Positions 41,501 through 49,877 of a stretch of 64,000 nt of DNA are shown piece after piece. Below the pieces are notes generated by a model that saw only the letters and a list, made by a program, of their open reading frames with translations, was not told the DNA's origin and did not search any database. Positions within the stretch are counted from its first letter, which is position 1. Each line of letters begins with the position of its first letter. Source of the DNA: Candidatus Kapaibacterium sp. Lineage in GTDB: Bacteria > Bacteroidota > Ignavibacteria > Kapaibacteriales > NICIL-2. Both the position numbers and the translations under genes were made by a program. The stretch spans positions 249,933-313,932 of the forward strand of contig JBBATK010000001.1 of the NCBI GenBank assembly GCA_040398805.1. Direction: 5' to 3'.

Positions 41501-41805
41501 AGACTGATGGATCCCACGTTCGTCGTCTGGTCGGCACTGATGGTGATCTTTCGTTCAACGGTCTCAAGACCCGTGAACGTGATTTTGAGCTCGTAATTTC
41601 CCGCAGGGATGTTGATGATATCAAATGAACCATCCGCCTTCGTGTACGCACCCTTCTTCGTGCCAACGACACTGACGGCTGCACCCTTCAGGCGCTTACC
41701 TTCGTTGTCTTTGACGACCCCCGCAACCGATCCGTTCGTTCCGGCAAATGCATGCACGCTCGCGAAGAGGATGGCGATTATGATAAACATCACCCGATGC
41801 TTCAT
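38548..41805 (-). CDS. Oar-like outer-membrane protein: N-terminal carboxypeptidase-regulatory-like domain, then a TonB-dependent-receptor plug and a large beta-barrel (1085 aa)
   Basis: Start at MKHRVMFIIIAILFASVHAFA. GSVAGVVKD...GAAVSV marks the CarbopepD_reg-like domain, ISIRGG the plug, and the barrel ends YFGFNIRF. No SusD-like partner is present. Confidence 0.75.
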   Translation of the reverse strand: MKHRVMFIIIAILFASVHAFAGTNGSVAGVVKDNEGKRLKGAAVSVVGTKKGAYTKADGSFDIINIPAGNYELKITFTGLETVERKITISADQTTNVGSISLKSKDVVTKDVVVTAQRINDDKQVAVADKVSGEVMLRTAGKDNAQQIALTTTGVLSTGGGISIRGGRNTDTRILIDDQDVSDAISGGFGSAATSTGDLKYAPTTSRAATADVQVIRGNASAEYGQTTAGVINQTVKTGRTDRYEAFFGFKTDVPGLWGKSGNGLQALGMLENTFDFGLGGPLPGLDGSTFYMSVRYYSDNFRTVNSTNYLGDGLDARDIAGNSLGHIPGESSQVRNITGRLPIKLSSDMRIQFGGSWGLTSLSYAGWGWLYANAPSRTFEYNPSTRLNDTILYSTVPINRAHQNVANNFIYSYYARLNHELSTTSFYEATISFNNNVTENSRRFIPMGAGSKLVNGVPVDPSKVSTDLPGPSFFSGYKVFTPTDDYVLQQRQFDQRLVRKSGDQGDKVVDNYTAIQGTVYLDNDPKRPFNAFVPSNLTGYIEEGTDASSTNNPYGLTGIFIGAGGGGFEFRSSSFIQAKSNYQNMIQLGDVKHVLQAGFDVRSFTVRRYSNSLPWSSNPFYDVYDDRFGGDIYSLFAEERELGSKPKQALMGSIFVSDQIQYKGINFTPGLRIDGFDPKTAYAIEPQSIQSSRVDASFKTQFSPRLFVSYPISDASFFTIAYGIYTQVPIFSSLYDNISSVLRRGNTIVSNPDLRPERTNQYNVSYSTQLSDDFALDVAAYYKDIYSLTGLVYVEDTRTPYSLVSNGEYGNVRGTEISLRRRLSNNFEFTLNYTLQYAQGTSSSVGSNYGIITAGSDPFTDKKIFPLVESPLDYDRRHRINFNGGLMWGAGEGPTIAGMKILELVNLNFTGVFQSGQPYTLLDLKGNQLGDFNGERYPSLWNIDCRISRRIPFKSIFGDSFGASDIEIFLDVINVFNRTEPILVYTRTKDPDNDGVSLYRQQGEFPSLPLYSRADENNPNSLALSQYDRLGNRLYSVNSDINKDGIVTQYEQYQMYLKYVNDAIKRRTNYQFPRQVYFGFNIRF

Positions 41806-41953
41806 AGTTTCTCCAATGTATAGATGATTTGGAATAAAAGACTCGTTCATTTGCACCTGGCGAACACTACGCTTGACGGACGGTGCATTCCCCACTCTCC
41901 CCTCGTCTGCCCGCCGAACATTCAGCGACCACAGGACAGACCAACGGTACTCC

Positions 41954-44026
41954 TTATCGGAGTACCGTGATATTCTTTGTGACAACGCCGTCGGCCGTGC
42001 GAACCGAAAGTACATACGCACCTACCGCCAGGTTGTTCGTCGAAATCGTCTTGTAGACTCGACCAATTTCATTGATAGCCGCCGAATACACGATTTGGCC
42101 GACAGCATTGCTCATTGTTACGGTTCCATTGCCGCCATTGTTCTCGAAAGCGACCGTCAGTTCTTCGCTTGCCGGATTCGGTGATGCGACGAGGCCAATG
42201 GTTTCCGACGTATTATCACGTACACTCACCTGCGTAAGACCGTTCCACGCCGGAAGGTCTGCAACCGTGAAGTTCGAGACCGTCAGGTACTGCTTGTACA
42301 AGTCGAAGTTGTCGGCATTGGACGACGCGAGACGCATCTGCGAATCATACAGTCTCTCACGAATGGTCAACCCCTTGTCAGCAGTTTGCAATGTGACCAG
42401 CGGTATGTTTTTCATGTCGCTAGGCACTACCGTCGGCAACCATGTCGTGCGATCGACGATGTCGCTTTGTGTGACGTTCTTGACGATCGACCAATCTCCA
42501 CCGGACTTGGCACGCGTGCTGAGAACGACATCTGTTGAGAGAATCGTGTCTTGGACACCGTCTTCGTTCTTGAACGTGACATACTTTGCCTCAAGGAACT
42601 TGCAGATGATGGTATTCTCGTCGGCAGTGACAGCAGCCTGAAGTTCATTACCCATCTGCGTGGGGCTGAGTGAACCGTCGTTATCAAAAGCTCTCCAGAA
42701 ATCCGCATTCTCGAACAAGGAAACGTTCGCCACCTTACGGATACCCCATTGACCATTATTGAAGTAACATTCTACCAGATGTGTCTCCGCAGGCTGCGAC
42801 GACGGAACATAGAACTGGGTGAAACAGCTGTACATGTCAGGACCGTAGGCGACAAAAGCATAGGTGGTCAGACGGATGCCCACGCTGGCATCTGAGGAGC
42901 TGCGCGTCCAATCGAAGAACACACTATCGGGATCACAGTTCAGCGACCGTGCATACGCAGCGAAAACGGACTGCGGAAGGATGTTGAAGTTACCCCATGC
43001 TTCTCCATGATTCGTCGACTTCGAAACGCCAAAGGTTCTGAAGGTGGAATCGTCGTTAGCAACGAAAAACCCGAAGCTGGCATTGTAGAAATTGCCCGCC
43101 TTGTCACGGCTCATTCCTACGTGATTACGCGTGCGGCTGCTGGCAGAGGAGACGCTAAGGAACTTGTTGCTTGCCCACTGAGCCGGAACGGTCAGCTTTG
43201 GCTTCGTTGCTGATTCGTAGAAATCCTTTCTCCACAGGCCGACAGAGTTCACATCGGCAGGGCTCGTGCTCGACGAATCACTGGGAATGAGGTCTACGGA
43301 AAAGCACGAAATGAGCTTGTCGTCAGCAGAGGTACGATAGCTTGCCGTCGTACATTCCGTACCCCACCAGAAGGGAGAGCCGTTGATGATGATTTCGTCG
43401 CCGATTTCGTCGTAGGCGGCCGACGAAGTGGGATCGTTCGCTTGGTAGCCGATCACCGAGCCGTCCCAGCCACGCTCTCGACCGCCCGTGCCCGTCGCAT
43501 TTTTTGTCAACGGTGCAAAGAACGTGAAGACCGCTTCATCGATGACTTTACCGCCCTCAGGAACGACGATATCAACCGATGGGTACCGAGGCAAACCACC
43601 GCGGGAAGCGTCACCGGTATGCAATGAGAACGGGCGTTCCCATGTCTTGCCAAGATTTCCAGAAACCAGCAATCTCAGGCAGTTCGAATTATCAGGATTG
43701 CCCGGTGCGTTCGGAGCCGGAAGCGCTCCTCGTTTGATGACGGCGAAAAGACCCGTTCCAGGCTCGTAAGAGATAGGTTGTTGCTCTGAACCATAGAACG
43801 AATACGCATTGAACAACGAATCAATCACTCTGTATTCCGCAGCCGCTTGGATGCGATTGGACTTGAGACCAAGTGTCGTCACCGGGACGTTCGAAAGACG
43901 CGTCGGGACCGCACGGGTGTCCGGTGCGAACGTGGGTCGTGATGATGGAATCTCCTGTGCAACCGCAGAAATGGTGCCGAGAAACAACGAAACCGCGGCA
44001 AATGCGCCGGAAAACAAGTGCTTCAT
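41954..44026 (-). CDS. BNR/Asp-box repeat protein with a T9SS C-terminal sorting domain
   Basis: A signal peptide, Asp-box-like SxxxGxxW repeats (SGNLGKTW, STNHGEAW, SGGDWS) and a C-terminal CTD (LVASPNPASEELTVAF...GAYVLSVRTADG...). Confidence 0.6.
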   Translation of the reverse strand: MKHLFSGAFAAVSLFLGTISAVAQEIPSSRPTFAPDTRAVPTRLSNVPVTTLGLKSNRIQAAAEYRVIDSLFNAYSFYGSEQQPISYEPGTGLFAVIKRGALPAPNAPGNPDNSNCLRLLVSGNLGKTWERPFSLHTGDASRGGLPRYPSVDIVVPEGGKVIDEAVFTFFAPLTKNATGTGGRERGWDGSVIGYQANDPTSSAAYDEIGDEIIINGSPFWWGTECTTASYRTSADDKLISCFSVDLIPSDSSSTSPADVNSVGLWRKDFYESATKPKLTVPAQWASNKFLSVSSASSRTRNHVGMSRDKAGNFYNASFGFFVANDDSTFRTFGVSKSTNHGEAWGNFNILPQSVFAAYARSLNCDPDSVFFDWTRSSSDASVGIRLTTYAFVAYGPDMYSCFTQFYVPSSQPAETHLVECYFNNGQWGIRKVANVSLFENADFWRAFDNDGSLSPTQMGNELQAAVTADENTIICKFLEAKYVTFKNEDGVQDTILSTDVVLSTRAKSGGDWSIVKNVTQSDIVDRTTWLPTVVPSDMKNIPLVTLQTADKGLTIRERLYDSQMRLASSNADNFDLYKQYLTVSNFTVADLPAWNGLTQVSVRDNTSETIGLVASPNPASEELTVAFENNGGNGTVTMSNAVGQIVYSAAINEIGRVYKTISTNNLAVGAYVLSVRTADGVVTKNITVLR

Positions 44027-44362
44027 GATGAACGTGTAAGAGGTAAAAAATCGAATTCTGTTCAGGTGTTAAGGTTTGCTAACGGTCTGGCAATATAAGA
44101 AGCTCGAAATGAGCGACCGAGGGAAAATTTCCCACACGGATGGTGGCGTCGAACCGCGTCTTTCGTCACGGAAAAGATGTTTTTGCCCACGTTTCACCGA
44201 GTGTCCCGCTGTCAAGGCCAACGTCGGCGTGAACCCGTTTCCAAACGTCCGGCTATGTGACCTATACAGATGGACGGATTCGCCAGTGCAGCCGTCATAG
44301 TGCATCAACCCCACCTGTCGTACCTTTGTTTCACACGCGTTTGTCCGAGAATCGGGACTCAC

Positions 44363-46171
44363 TTAGCGATGAAGCCAGAAATCCCGTAGGCGCTGCGCAT
44401 CTGGCGACGGTCCCTCCACCATGGTCATCGCATATCGCGCTTTTCTCTCTCGACGCAGATGCGTGGTGTACGTCTTGCCATCGCACGAAGCCAATATCTC
44501 AAGGTCGTCGCCAGGGGCCTGCGCAACGACATCGTGGAACAATGCCGACGTGGCCGTACGTAGTCCGTTGACCGCGATGATCTCGTCGTCAATAGACATT
44601 CCGGCCTGCTGTGCGGGTGCGGCATCTGCGAGGGTGGTGATCACGAGCCGACCCGACTCCTCCTTCAATCCAAGACCCAGCGAAACGGAACCTCGCACGA
44701 ACTCACCGTCAACGGTCGTCTTCGTCCATCTCAAACCCAACGGCTCTAGATACTCGTTGTAATCAAGCTCTTCGGTGCCACTGAGCCAGGTACTCATAAG
44801 CGTTGCAACCTCGCACCCGGTGGATCGTTGAATGGCATCGAAGACTTCCGACTCGGTCACTCCGCACTCGGGTCGACGTTCGTACATGTCCCATAGCTCC
44901 CGCATGGCATCGTCCAACGAACGCGTCCCGTTCGATTGGCGGATGATATGAAGATCCAACAAGAGGGTGATGACGCCACCCTTCAGGTAGTACGAGGGAT
45001 GTCTGTTGTTGCCATCCGGAGATTGGGCGTAGAGTTTCACCCACGCCAGCGTGGATGCATCCCGTGTGCTCATGGCGAAACGTCCGCGAACATCATCAAG
45101 CCTGCCCAGGTGCTCCTCGGCAAGGGACTTGAGATACTGCGGCTCTTCCATGAAACCGCACCGGTACGAGAAAAGGTCGTCGTAATAGGACGTGAATCCC
45201 TCAGCAAGCCAGAGCATCGGAGAGTAAACCTCCCGCGTATAGTCGAACGGACCGTACTCGCGGGGTCGTATACGCTTCACATTCCATGTGTGGAAATACT
45301 CGTGACATAACAAAGCAAGCAATCGACCGGAGGTCGCCGTATCCGTCAGTGCCGTGTAGTCGATCATGTTCACACTGCATCGAGCGTGCTCAAGTCCGCC
45401 GAAGATGTTCGAGCCCACCTGGATCATGAAGACGTATCGATCGTACGGTACTCCTCCGAACATCGCTCCCTCTTTCTCAACGATGGTCTTGCATTGACGT
45501 GTGATCCATTCGGGATCCAGCGGCATCGATGAGACCAACGCGACTTCATGCACAGCACCGTGCGCTTCGAACGTCCCGACCACATGATTACCCACCTCGA
45601 TCGGCGAGTCGACAAGGATGTCATAGTTCAACGCCCCGACGACAACGGGTCCGTCCGCATTCGACAGATGCGGCACCGGAGACAAGGCGGTCGACACGAC
45701 AGACCACTCGCATGCCGCCGAATACACGTACACGTGATGGATCTCATGCTGCCTCCCCTCCACATACATCATGCAATTGGCCGGATTGATGAACGCCCGC
45801 CATCGATTGATATGCATGGTCCGGACCGTTCGCTCGTTCGCGTAATAGGTATAGGAGATTTTCACACAGCGTACACCTTCGCCACATGAAATGCGGAGGC
45901 GATTCTTCTCCACCCAGGAATAAGACAGCGACCGTCCGCTCTCATCCGCCACGACCACGTTGCCCTGATGAGAGACGAAGTCACGCACCTTGTAGGAACC
46001 CGGTATCCAGGACGGCATGACGAGGGTGAGCTCGGATTCCGTCGTCTCGACTTCCATATCCACGCACAACAGATGCTGCGAAGCCCGATGGAAGTGACAA
46101 TGGTAACGGATGGCCGCTGCGGTTCCGGTGAGTTGCTCGTCACGTTGTTCGATGGTATAGTTCTGGTTCAT
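44363..46171 (-). CDS. M61-family metallopeptidase (glycyl aminopeptidase-like) with a C-terminal PDZ domain
   Basis: HEXXH in LLCHEYFHTW, a PDZ-like segment GLKEESGRLVITTLADAAPAQQAGMSIDDEIIAVNG and a length of about 600 aa. Confidence 0.65.
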   Translation of the reverse strand: MNQNYTIEQRDEQLTGTAAAIRYHCHFHRASQHLLCVDMEVETTESELTLVMPSWIPGSYKVRDFVSHQGNVVVADESGRSLSYSWVEKNRLRISCGEGVRCVKISYTYYANERTVRTMHINRWRAFINPANCMMYVEGRQHEIHHVYVYSAACEWSVVSTALSPVPHLSNADGPVVVGALNYDILVDSPIEVGNHVVGTFEAHGAVHEVALVSSMPLDPEWITRQCKTIVEKEGAMFGGVPYDRYVFMIQVGSNIFGGLEHARCSVNMIDYTALTDTATSGRLLALLCHEYFHTWNVKRIRPREYGPFDYTREVYSPMLWLAEGFTSYYDDLFSYRCGFMEEPQYLKSLAEEHLGRLDDVRGRFAMSTRDASTLAWVKLYAQSPDGNNRHPSYYLKGGVITLLLDLHIIRQSNGTRSLDDAMRELWDMYERRPECGVTESEVFDAIQRSTGCEVATLMSTWLSGTEELDYNEYLEPLGLRWTKTTVDGEFVRGSVSLGLGLKEESGRLVITTLADAAPAQQAGMSIDDEIIAVNGLRTATSALFHDVVAQAPGDDLEILASCDGKTYTTHLRRERKARYAMTMVEGPSPDAQRLRDFWLHR

Positions 46172-46175
46172 AGGT

Positions 46176-48023
46176 TCAATCCTTGTGGTTTCGTTCGTGT
46201 TCTATCCACGCAGTCACATTCGCCTCCAACATTTGCAACGGTATCGCGCCCTCGCGCAACACAGCATCGTGAAACCTGTCGAGTTTGAAGGCCGATCCCA
46301 GCTCCTGTTCCGCCTTCGCCCGCAGACGCAAAATCGTCAACTGCCCAATCTTGTAGGCGCACGCCTGTCCTGCATCGGCGATGTATCGATCGATTTCATT
46401 AGCGATATCCACTTCGGAATTCGGAATGTGCTTCTTCATGAATGCGATTGCTTCATCCCGGGTCCAGTTTTTCATGTGCATGCCGACGTCAACGACCAAT
46501 CGGCATGCTCGCCACATTTCAAAACCAAGTGCACCATACTCCTGAATCGGATCCGCATACATGCCCATCTCGTAACCAAGCCGTTCCGCATACAGTGCCC
46601 AACCTTCGACGAACGCTGTCGTTCCCAACTGACGACGGAACCACGGTTGCTCCGGCATCTCCTGTGCAAGGGCGACCTGAAGGTGATGTCCGGGAACCGC
46701 TTCGTGCAGTGTCAGCGCGGTCATGGTGTAGATAGGTCGTGCAGGAAGATTGTACGTGTTCACGTAGAAATACCCCGGCTTCGAACCATTCTCCGGAGGA
46801 GCATTGTAATATGCCTGCGGGGCGGATTCGGCCCTGAACGATTCTAGTTCTTTGATTTGACAATCGGCTTTCGGCAGACGACCGAACAGCGGACCGATCT
46901 TCTGCTTGGCTTCGGAGAGAAGTGCATCGAATCCTCGCAACAACTCCTCTCCCGATTGGTAGTAATACTTCTCCGATTTCCGCAAATGGTTGTTGAACTC
47001 CTCGACTGTTCCTTGGAACTCAAGTTTCTTCTTCACGCGATGCATTTCACCGAGAATCCGCTGCACCTCACGCATCCCCGTTTGGAAAACCTCCTCGGGT
47101 TGCGAAGGGACGGTCGTGTGAACAAGCAGACGCGATGCGTACCGCTTAGCGCCCTGAGGCAACGACGACATGCCGATGGACTTCCTGCTTGCGGGCAGAT
47201 ACTCGTTTCGAACGAATTGCTGTAGCCGACGATATGCCTCCGACACCTGCAAACCCACGGTCTTCAGCTCTATTTCGAACGGCGACTTTTGCGATGCATC
47301 TTTCGAGGTCGTCAGCGGATCCACAACCATGGTGCTCGCCACTTGGACCTCGGCTGTCTCCGTGACAGCGGAACCGATCGAGGAGCGCATGCCGAGCGGT
47401 CTCGTGAACAACGGACTCTGATCAAAGGGTGTCGATACTGCCGCATCAAGCTGCACCAAGACCTTCTGTGTTATCAGCTCAGGCAAGACGATTTTCTTGC
47501 GTATTCCTATTCGTAGCAGAGCAATGACCTCGTCGACCTGCCTGCCGAACCCCTGTAATCTGGCCACATAGCTTGCTCTGTCACGGTCGCTCTCGAATCT
47601 TGTCTGATCGGCCAATAGTTGAATGTCGAGATGCAACCCGTTAAGCTGATTCAAGGGCAAAAGAAACTCGTACGTCTCGATACTCACGATCCACTCCCGA
47701 ACGCTGCGGATGAAGAGCTCACGATTGAGCATGTCCTTGCTCGTCAGTTCGCGCGTATCCACTTGCTCGGCTCTTTGCAGGAGCTCCGTCAGTTTCTTCT
47801 GCCTTCTCTCGTATGCGGCCTCGGAGTAGTCCGTGGTCAAGGAATCATACCGATGATCACCGTTGAAGGTTGCACTCTCCGGATACTCACGAAGGACGAA
47901 TTCATGATACTCATCGAAAATCTGGGAAAGAATCCTCGACGCAGCAGACTCCTCCATCGACGCTGCAAGCGTGACGACTGAGCATGCGATCATCAAGAAC
48001 GTTGTGACAAGGACTCTCTTCAT
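46176..48023 (-). CDS. Secreted DUF885-family protein (putative metallopeptidase-like)
   Basis: A signal peptide and the family-typical HEAVPGHHLQ motif; 615 aa. Confidence 0.6.
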   Translation of the reverse strand: MKRVLVTTFLMIACSVVTLAASMEESAASRILSQIFDEYHEFVLREYPESATFNGDHRYDSLTTDYSEAAYERRQKKLTELLQRAEQVDTRELTSKDMLNRELFIRSVREWIVSIETYEFLLPLNQLNGLHLDIQLLADQTRFESDRDRASYVARLQGFGRQVDEVIALLRIGIRKKIVLPELITQKVLVQLDAAVSTPFDQSPLFTRPLGMRSSIGSAVTETAEVQVASTMVVDPLTTSKDASQKSPFEIELKTVGLQVSEAYRRLQQFVRNEYLPASRKSIGMSSLPQGAKRYASRLLVHTTVPSQPEEVFQTGMREVQRILGEMHRVKKKLEFQGTVEEFNNHLRKSEKYYYQSGEELLRGFDALLSEAKQKIGPLFGRLPKADCQIKELESFRAESAPQAYYNAPPENGSKPGYFYVNTYNLPARPIYTMTALTLHEAVPGHHLQVALAQEMPEQPWFRRQLGTTAFVEGWALYAERLGYEMGMYADPIQEYGALGFEMWRACRLVVDVGMHMKNWTRDEAIAFMKKHIPNSEVDIANEIDRYIADAGQACAYKIGQLTILRLRAKAEQELGSAFKLDRFHDAVLREGAIPLQMLEANVTAWIEHERNHKD

Positions 48024-48074
48024 ACAGCTACTCCCAAGGTGAAAAACAATTCGTCATGGAAACGTGAGCGCGCA

Positions 48075-49178
48075 TCAGCGACCAAGAAGGTCGGCAACAG
48101 ACCACATCTGCAAGACCACATATACCGACGTGAACGCCAGTGTCACGATACGGACGATACGTCCAACGAACGGCGACAGGTTGCTACTTCCGAAAAGAAG
48201 CACCGCGCCAAGTCCACAGCCGAGGACAGTGACGACGAAATCCTCCGGCATCGACTTCAGCATCGTGGACGGAACCGACAGATACCACTCCGGGACCACG
48301 TTCGCCGAACCGACGTCAAGACCTCTCTCTGCGGTAGACCCGATTCCATGAATCATTGTAAGTGCCCATGGTAGTCCGGCACCCGCCAGTACTGCCGTTC
48401 GGTTCAGCGCACCGGATGCAAGACGCTGCACCAGACTCCTGAGAGATATCGCGAAAATCGGTGCAAGGACAAGAGCATGCAGTAGGAACACCCGCATCAA
48501 ATCCGGTTCATGGAAACGCGGACTCGCCCATAGATATCCGGAGACGAGAGCGCCGAGAACCGGTACGTAGTCGCTCAGAAGATGTGTTCCGATACCGAAT
48601 GCCTGATGCGAACGCGCGTCCCACGGAAGAATGCTCCCGGACCACGCACTGATAAGGATGAGCACATACATTCCCACCGACACGTACCATGACGACGCAA
48701 TCACCGTCCGCCGCAATCCCCGCACCATCAAGATGATCAGCACGACGGCAACGGCTATGACCATGAGATCGGTTGCCCGCGCATGCGCGCTCCTGATCAA
48801 GCTTCCATACTCCGTACCGCGCTGAAGCGACACGTTGACGCTATACCAGCTCTTCGGGACGGCTATGGCCGAATCGAAGAGCCGGACGTCGCCTCGCATT
48901 CTACCGTCACTGCTATTCGTCACATCCGTCTCTGCAGCATACCAGTCCCCCCGTCGTCGAACCGTGTCACCGAAGGCATCGAGACGAGTATCCGCTGCCA
49001 GATAAACTGTCTGTTCTCTACCCGAATCGTCCCGTAGCCGTTCCGCATCCGGTCGGTAATACGAAGCCATGAGCAGACCTGTGACGACGAGGCACACGAA
49101 CGCCCCTACCGCCACCGATGCAAGCACGGGTAAGGCAGTGGCCCGCGACGGATCATGCATAGGTCGACCTTCCGTCAT
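48075..49178 (-). CDS. Polytopic membrane protein of unknown function (about 120-aa N-terminal soluble domain, then about 7 TM helices)
   Basis: Hydropathy pattern only; no motif was recognised. Confidence 0.45.
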   Translation of the reverse strand: MTEGRPMHDPSRATALPVLASVAVGAFVCLVVTGLLMASYYRPDAERLRDDSGREQTVYLAADTRLDAFGDTVRRRGDWYAAETDVTNSSDGRMRGDVRLFDSAIAVPKSWYSVNVSLQRGTEYGSLIRSAHARATDLMVIAVAVVLIILMVRGLRRTVIASSWYVSVGMYVLILISAWSGSILPWDARSHQAFGIGTHLLSDYVPVLGALVSGYLWASPRFHEPDLMRVFLLHALVLAPIFAISLRSLVQRLASGALNRTAVLAGAGLPWALTMIHGIGSTAERGLDVGSANVVPEWYLSVPSTMLKSMPEDFVVTVLGCGLGAVLLFGSSNLSPFVGRIVRIVTLAFTSVYVVLQMWSVADLLGR

Positions 49179-49205
49179 CTTCGTTCTTGTTACTCGTGAA
49201 CCGAA

Positions 49206-49814
49206 TCATCGTTGCAGCCATTCACGCACCGACGCCTCGTAGCGATCGGGATCGATCTGCGGCCGATCGTACATTCCCGCACCTCTTCGCTGCCGTGCTA
49301 CCTCGAAAACACTCACTGCGCATGCTACCGAAATGTTCAGACTCTGGACCATCCCTACCTGCGGTATCATGATGGTACCATCGGACAATGCGACGGCATG
49401 GTCACTGACACCGCTATGTTCGTTACCGAATACCAATGCCGTGGGACGCGTCATCTCCACGTCGTAGAGGGACACAGCCGACTCGTCCAGCCTGGTGGAG
49501 TAGATGTTGAATCCCTTGCTCTTCAACATCGCGAAACAGTCTTCCACCGAATCATGTTTGGTTTGACGGACCCATTTGCGAGCTCCTCCCGAGGTCTTCT
49601 TTCCGAAGACCGGCAAGACCTGTCCACTGTGATACACCAGATGCACCTCGTCAATCCCGACAGCATCGCAGGATCGAAGGACGGCAGCGACATTGTGCTC
49701 GTCGTGGACGTTTTCGAGGACGACGGTGAAATCGTACTGACGGTGCGCCACGGCTCGTTCGACGCTCCTGATGCGTGACTCGCTCGCTGAAAGGCGCGGA
49801 TCGTAATCTGTCAT
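49206..49814 (-). CDS. SpoU/TrmH-family RNA 2'-O-methyltransferase
   Basis: HNVAAVLRSCDAVGIDEVHLV (SPOUT motif 1) and the C-terminal SPOUT knot motifs. Confidence 0.8.
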   Translation of the reverse strand: MTDYDPRLSASESRIRSVERAVAHRQYDFTVVLENVHDEHNVAAVLRSCDAVGIDEVHLVYHSGQVLPVFGKKTSGGARKWVRQTKHDSVEDCFAMLKSKGFNIYSTRLDESAVSLYDVEMTRPTALVFGNEHSGVSDHAVALSDGTIMIPQVGMVQSLNISVACAVSVFEVARQRRGAGMYDRPQIDPDRYEASVREWLQR

Positions 49815-49822
49815 GGTCTCAT

Positions 49823-49857
49823 AAAAAAAACGGGACGACCCATCGAGTCTTCCCGTT
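49823..49857 (-). terminator. Rho-independent terminator 3' of nuoD
   Basis: Minus strand reads aacgggaagactcgatgggtcgtcccgtt followed by T8: a 7-bp stem with a 14-nt loop. Confidence 0.55.
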
Positions 49858-49877
49858 CATTGTCGACGTTTCGTTTC

